Origin: the human T2T-CHM13v2.0 reference genome, Homo sapiens | Reading direction: 5' to 3' (one strand) | NCBI RefSeq assembly: GCF_009914755.1 | Contig: NC_060940.1 | Length of the DNA: 64,000 bases | Shown: one piece after another, positions 57,202 through 64,000 of the stretch | Numbering within the stretch: the first letter of the stretch is position 1 | Layout: every line of letters begins with the position of its first letter | Notes under the pieces: generated by a model | Databases searched by the model: none | What the model was told of the DNA's origin: nothing | Seen by the model: only the letters and a program-made list of their open reading frames with translations | Program-made: the position numbers and the translations under genes

Positions 57202-59049
57202 TACAGACAGAACGCTCCTAACAGAGAGCTTCCAAGAAACCCCAGGGCTTTCCTCGTCTGCTGGGACGTCTCTGTCTTCCTGTGCCTGCTCCTGCTGGAT
57301 CCAGGATCCCAGGCTGGCTCCAACTCAAGATCTGCTGCTTCTCCTGTACTTGACACCTGGTTCTTTGGGCTGTTCCTTTGTTGATCTGTTATTGTTTACT
57401 TTTTAGTCGCCTTTGAATTACCAAACTAAGTCATTCTTGTAGCAAAATCTCAAGCACAGAAATGACTACATTAAAATGAGCCTTCCACCTCTCCTAATTC
57501 CTCCCCAACACTTCCCAGCATCATCGCCATTAACAACTGTGTGTAGTCCTCTTATATTTTCCTTTCCTTAAATATAACTACATATCTACAGACAGGTCTT
57601 TGTTTTGATATGATTTTACAAACCTATGGAGTTATAGAATGGAGTTCATCTTATAACTCATCTCCCCCCACTACAAAAAATCTTGTGGTCATCTTTCCAT
57701 GACAATACAAATTCTTACTATTTTTTCATAGCTATGGTAGCCTTGTAACTTATTTACTGATTTCCCTTTTTCAGCCATCTTCCTGTTGTTTTGCAAACCC
57801 AGGCCACCCAGCAACAATCTTCTTTATATACTGTCTTTTCATACTGACACTTCTCAGTCCTGTTGGATGAATTCCCAATGGTGCGATTGCTCATTTCTGA
57901 CATTCTGTCTGCTGATCGTGGGCCACAGCACCGGTTTTCTCTTTCTCTGACTCAACCCAAGTCTGATGAGATTTCAGTTTCACTGCAGCATTGCAGCAAT
58001 GAGAAAACATCCCATCATGCACTGCTTCTAGATATTGTCAAGAGAAGGGTATATTATTATGCAAAAGCAGTGTCTATTTACAGATGATGAAACGACAATT
58101 TTTCATGGGGTTTTTCTTTTTATTTAACATCTTAACTGTCAATTCCAACAAACACGCTTGTTTTCCTCTATGACTAATCTAAGAACCAAGATGGCCAACA
58201 GCACAATACCAACTTTTTGTTTGTTTGGTTTTTAAATATGGCAAAATTATATATGAGCTTCCCATTTTACAGGTTTCTAAGAACATCTTAATGAAAATAA
58301 CAGAACTCAGAAAATCCACTGTCATTTTGTCCAGAAATATTTTGTTAGCATTGGGATGCAGCAATGCCACTGACAAGAAACCCATGTGGACCACCTTTTA
58401 ATGCTTAATGAGCCTTTCTTCCTAGCATGCATTCCAGTGGGAGAGAGGACAGAATAAACGTGATTAAATTATCGGACAGAAACACATGACTATAAATAAT
58501 TGACTCTCCCATGTTTCATGAGCCTTAACCTCACACTTCAGAATGTTTATTTCCTTTATTTCAAAATGTTTGTTTACTTTTCTCCATGGACTTTAATTAA
58601 TTTTGCCTTTGGCTTATAAACGGGTGAAACTAAAAACTTTTTTATTTGCATTTTTATCTTGAAGCAAGCTAACTAATTAAACTTTGCAATTTGGTTTCAC
58701 TGTGCTGTACCAGAGCCATAGGAAAATGGCTGACAGATTCGCAGATTTGTGACCGTTTTTCTAATGAAGGAGATTTTGGAAATTTTGATGGTTTCATGTA
58801 AATGCTAAAAGTAAAACCTGTATTAAGAGTCACTTGATCACAGGAAGAAAAATAACCAAATGACTCAACTGCATAAGGAGGTGAAAGGAAGGATCTAGAA
58901 ACTACATACCAGTAAACGTCCCCTGAGTACCACAAAAAGTGTAGAATGGAGTATGAGCATTGTAGTTTTCAATAGTGTTACTCAACTGGTAGAAAAGAGG
59001 AATGCCCAAGGCATAATTCACACAGATTTCAGTCTGATATGCAACAGGT

Positions 59050-60101
59050 TCTTCCATGAGATGTGAGGGCTTAAAAGAAAAGGTAGAGATTGAAGACGTT
59101 ATCTTTTAAAAGATACTCACAGCACATTTAATTGATAGGGGATCAGTAACAAGATTATATAAAGAACTTCTAAACTCAATAAGATAGCAAAAAAAAGTAA
59201 AAAATAACTAAGAGATAAAAACAGTCATTTCACAGAATAAGAAAAATGACTAATGTATAAAAAACTGTTCACACTCATTGGCCATTGCTAAAATTCCAGT
59301 AACAATTAGATGTATTTATATAATTTTATGTCTTCCTGATTGGTAAATATTAAGCCTAGAAATGCCAAGCTTTGGCAATAACAGGAAAACAGAGACCCTC
59401 GCTGACTGCTGTTCAGAGAGTAAATTTGTACAACAACTTTGAAGAACAGTTTGTCATTATCTACCAAAGTGGAAGACGTGTAACCTATCCCTAAGATAAT
59501 CTCTGCAAGGAATTCTCATTTATGCCCCTGGGCACAGAGACAAGAACACTCCTAGAAGCATTTCTAGCAATAGCAAAATAGGAAATGGCCTACATGCTCA
59601 TTGATGGAAGCATAGCTCCGTACCCGGCAGTGTGTACGTCTGATGAACTGCAGCAAGGATGGTGGATCTCCAGGACATGCATATGTGGAAAACACAGTCT
59701 GCAGAAAAATACAAACAGATGATTTCATTTATATAGAGTTCAAAAAAACAGGAAAAACTATTAGGTTTAGAAACAGATAAGAAGTAAAACTATGAAGCAA
59801 AACAATGAATAATAGATTTAAAATTGCAGATAGCCTGAGTGCAGTGGCTTGCACCTGTAAACCCAGCATTTTGGGAGGCCGAGGCGGGAGGATTGCTTTA
59901 GCCTAGGATTTTGTTCAAGATCAGCCTGGGCAACATAGCGAGATGTTGTCTCTACAAATAATTAAAAAAAAAAAAAAAAGTTGGGCATGGCGGCCCATGC
60001 CTGTGGTCCTAGCTGCTTGGGATGCTTAAGCCTGGGCAGTCGAGGTTGCTGTGATCACTCCACTGCACTCCAGCCTGGGTGACAGAATTAGACCTTGTCT
60101 C

Positions 60102-60150
<49 letters not shown>

Positions 60151-60330
60151 CAAACACTGCAGATAGCCATTTTCCTAAGAGGAAAGGTAGCAGGCTAAGA
60201 TCATGGAGGAACACACAGGAGCTGCAGTGGTATCGTAATGTGATATTTCTTAAGCTGGGTGGTGGATACAAGTGTTGACTGTACTATTTATTATACCTTG
60301 CTATATGTTGTATATGCATGTGTGTATATA
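59050..60330 (+). mobile_element. Old L1 (L1ME-like) 3' region, interrupted by an AluJ
   Basis: Degenerate 'tatataaagaacttctaaactcaataag', 'acaactttgaagaacagtttg', 'ttcttaagctgggtggtggatacaagtg'. Confidence 0.65.
59833..60146 (+). mobile_element. AluJ with (CA)~21 tail
   Basis: TSD tgcagatagcc; J-type diagnostics. Confidence 0.88.
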
Positions 60331-61594
60331 GGTACATATACACATACATGTATATGTACATATTCCTATTTATATATAAAATATATAGCTTTTAATGGAA
60401 AAGAGGAAATATCAGCTATGTAACATTTATCAGGCATGAATCTTATCTCATTCAACATTTTTATCAATAATTTATTAAAATCTGGCTCATCCAGAGCAGG
60501 TGAGGGATGATGATGATTGAATCAGGTTTTCTGAAAGGCATGGACAAGCTCCAGCCATGAACTGATTATTTAATGGAACAGAGGTGAAGATGAAATCTTC
60601 CCCTTGAGATTCTTAAAAACCAGTTCACTAAATTGAGGTGAGACCCCCGCCTTTGTTAAACAGCAATTCATGCACAAACAATATTGGGGTCTTAGTTGAC
60701 AAGTTCAAAAGGAGCCTTCTGTACAAGTGTCTGCCCAGAGAGCTAATTTCCACTCTAGGAAGAGTGATCATCCTGCAACAGCTAGCATGCATCAAGGTGT
60801 ATCTTGTATAGTTTTCTCCCAGCATCTTGATTTGAATAGAGAGTTGACAAATCAAAGCATGGTCAGAGGGTGGTAACTAGCAATGTAAAAGATCAGCTTG
60901 TAAGTTTGTAGCTCATCGGAGGGGAATGTATAAGAGCTATAGTGGAACTTCGAGGTTTCCAGAAGATCGATTCTGGCTCTGTGTACCCAAGATCTCACCA
61001 AAGCCAAACATACCCCAGAAAGCAGTGGCCTGCCTTGTAAGGTATGAGCTCAGGTCCCTGGATGTGTTTAGGCAAAGGCTGTACACCTCCCTGTCCCTAC
61101 ATGTGTGCTGAAAGGTGGGCTCCATGGCTCCAACATCCCTTCCACTTCGTGGCTCTCATGAGTCTATAAGAGTAACCCAAGAGAAGTCACCAGCAGAAAC
61201 TTGGAAATCGTTTTAACAGGGGCCAAGAGGGAAACATGGGGCAGTGCATGACTGACAGCTGTGCTCTGTCACTTCTACATCTGCCTTGCAGTTCTTCAAG
61301 CAGCCATGAACCCCTGCAGGCAAACCTGTGGTCTGTTCAGCAGGACCTGTCTCTGCTGCCTTAGCCCCTGGGAAAGGGAAGCAATGCTGTGGCTCCATTT
61401 TCAGCAGCGGGCAAGGAAAAGAACTTGGGTTCGAGAGTTTCACAACTTGAGATTGAATCTCCTTCTGCCTCCTTTCATTTATATAGTCTCAAGTGCTTAT
61501 CTTCCTTTCTCTGAATTTCAGTTTCTAGCTCTTTAAACAAGGGTCAGGGACAGCTTACTATTGCAGAAGGTGGTGAGATCAAGAAAGAAATTAG

Positions 61595-61890
61595 AGGCAA
61601 GGTGCAGTGGCTTACGCCTGTAATCCCAGCACTTTGGGAGGCCAACGCGAGCAGGAGTTTGAGGTCAGGAGTTTGAGACCAGCCTGGCCAACATGGTGAA
61701 ACCCCATCTCTATTAAAAATACAAAAAAAATAAATTAGCCAGGTGTGATGGCCCATGCCTGCAACTTGCTACTCAGGAGGCTGAGGCAGCAGAATCACTT
61801 GAACCTGGAAGGTGGAGGTTGCAGTAAGTCAAGATCACGCCACTGCACTCCAGCCTGGGTGACAGAGTGAGATTCTGCCTCAGATAAAAA
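61595..61890 (+). mobile_element. AluS-type
   Basis: TSD aagaaagaaatt. Confidence 0.9.
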
Positions 61891-62379
61891 GAAAGAAATT
61901 GGAGCACCTGGTATATATTGCTTTCTCAATGCCCAACCCTGAAACATCTCTAATACTATTTGTTCACTTACTCATCAATTTGTCCAATAAAAGTTTATGT
62001 AATACCTAGATCCTAGGTACCTGGTGGCCTCTGAGCCATTGGGAATATGCTTGTGGAAATACACCCTCCTCTCGAGGAAGCTATGGTCTTGTAGCTGAGA
62101 CTGATCACCCAGCAGACAATGGTAAACCCAGTGTGCCAAGCTCTAGGCAGAGGATAAAACCACGAAGACAAGCAGAATGGAAGAGGATGAAAATGTAACA
62201 CTGCCTCGGGAAGGAGTGTTGGGGCAGACTTTCTAGTGTAATGAAAGATGAGCAGAAATTATTTGAGATGAAGCAGGAACAACCTGGGGCAGGGGTATTG
62301 AAGATTCTATTGCTGAATGAACAGCAGGGACCAAGGCCCAGGCGTGAGATAGCACAGCCAGCTGGTGAAAGTTCAAGTT

Positions 62380-63095
62380 AAGTGCATCAGCCAGGATGGG
62401 CCAGCTTATGCTGTCATAGTAAAGTACCCAAAATGCAGCGATTCACAATAAAAACAGTTCATTTCTTCCCATTATCTCTATCCTCCAGGGACTGGCTGGG
62501 GGCTCGGCTCCATGTCATCCTCTCTCTGGCATTCAGGCTGACAGAGTGGCCACTTTGCAGAACAGCGGCAGTGGTTGTGCAGAGGAAGATGGCATACCAC
62601 ACTACACACAGGCTCTTGAAGCTTTCACATGAAAGTGGCATGCAGGCCAGGTGCAATGGCTCCTGCTTGTAATCCCAGCGCTTTGGCAGGCCACAGCAGG
62701 AGGTTCACTTGAGCTTAAGAGTTCAAGACCAGTCTGGGCAACATAGTGAGACCCCCATCTTTATAAAAATTTTAAAAATTTAACCGGGCATGGTGGTGCA
62801 CACCTGTGGTCCTAGAAACTTGGGAGGGGCTGAGGTGGGAGGACCACTTGAGCCCAGGAGGTCAGGGCTGCAGTGAGCTATGATCACATCTCTGCATTCC
62901 GGCCTAGGTAACTGAGTGAGACTCTGTCTCCAAAAAAAGCAAAGAAAGTGGCTTGGAGCACTTCGGATTCTGTTTCATAGGCCAGGTAAGTCACAGGGCC
63001 ACTCGTAAATCCAACAGGGGAAGACAGTGCAGTCCTTCTGTGTGGCCAGAAGGAGAACTAGAAGTATCAGTTGACAGCACTAAGGACCACCACTT
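62380..63095. mobile_element. Old MLT1 LTR interrupted by an AluJ (62645-62944)
   Basis: 'cattcaggctgacagag', 'taggccaggtaagtcacagggccac' MLT1-type motifs; gaaagtggc on both sides of the Alu. Confidence 0.65.
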
Positions 63096-63194
63096 TTGTA
63101 GCAGGAGAAGGGGGTCGTCTGGAGTGGGAGAGGGTGAGAAAGAAACATCAGCCAGATTCGGAAGCTCCTTTATGCTATGTTCTAGGGGGATTTT

Positions 63195-63785
<591 letters not shown>

Positions 63786-63944
63786 CTCCTCTTATTACAA
63801 GGATACCCCAAGGCTGGACGGAATGCCTGCCCTAATCCACCATAACCTCATTTTAACTAATTACATCCGAAAAGACACATTCTGAGATTCTGGGTAGACG
63901 TGAATTTGGGGAGGACCCTAGTCAACCTAGTACAGAAAGTGATA

Positions 63945-64000
63945 ATGTATTTTTGATGGGGTTTCACCAAGTTGCCCAGGTGGGTCTTGAACGCCTGACC
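63945..64000 (-). mobile_element. Alu fragment cut by the window edge
   Basis: 'ggggtttcaccaagttgcccagg...tcttgaacgcctgacc'. Confidence 0.75.

Overview
Primate (very probably human) genomic DNA, repeat-rich and apparently intronic or intergenic. It contains about 20 Alus (J/S/Y types, two nested pairs), L1 fragments (one L1PA2-like, one L1PB, two 5'-inverted L1MA, L1ME), MaLR/ERVL LTRs (THE1C, MST, MLT1, MLT2, LTR16), DNA-transposon fossils (Tigger3-like, MER5A, MER20) and many MIR/L2 remnants. None of the single-exon ORFs in the track looks like a real protein; most derive from Alu, L1, LTR or microsatellite sequence. There is no CRISPR array and no rRNA or tRNA. Most notable: (1) a chain of small minus-strand AG..GT-bounded exons (57.2, 48.5, 37.4, 28.6 or 24.4, 21.6 kb) that splices in phase into an ORF with a good Kozak start and an internal LQFLNQxxxR repeat written in synonymous codons; this is unverified and exposed to multiple testing; (2) a ~140-bp chimeric insertion at 25.6 kb copied from two donors, 2.3 kb upstream (a 34-bp VNTR end) and 1.9 kb downstream; (3) a self-complementary AT-rich 38-bp tandem array at 44.3 kb; (4) a 20-nt microexon candidate whose polypyrimidine tract can be sequestered by an adjacent A26 run; (5) several other local duplications and fold-backs. 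Repeat family calls come from recalled consensus sequences, not from a RepeatMasker run, and boundaries are approximate unless a TSD is given.
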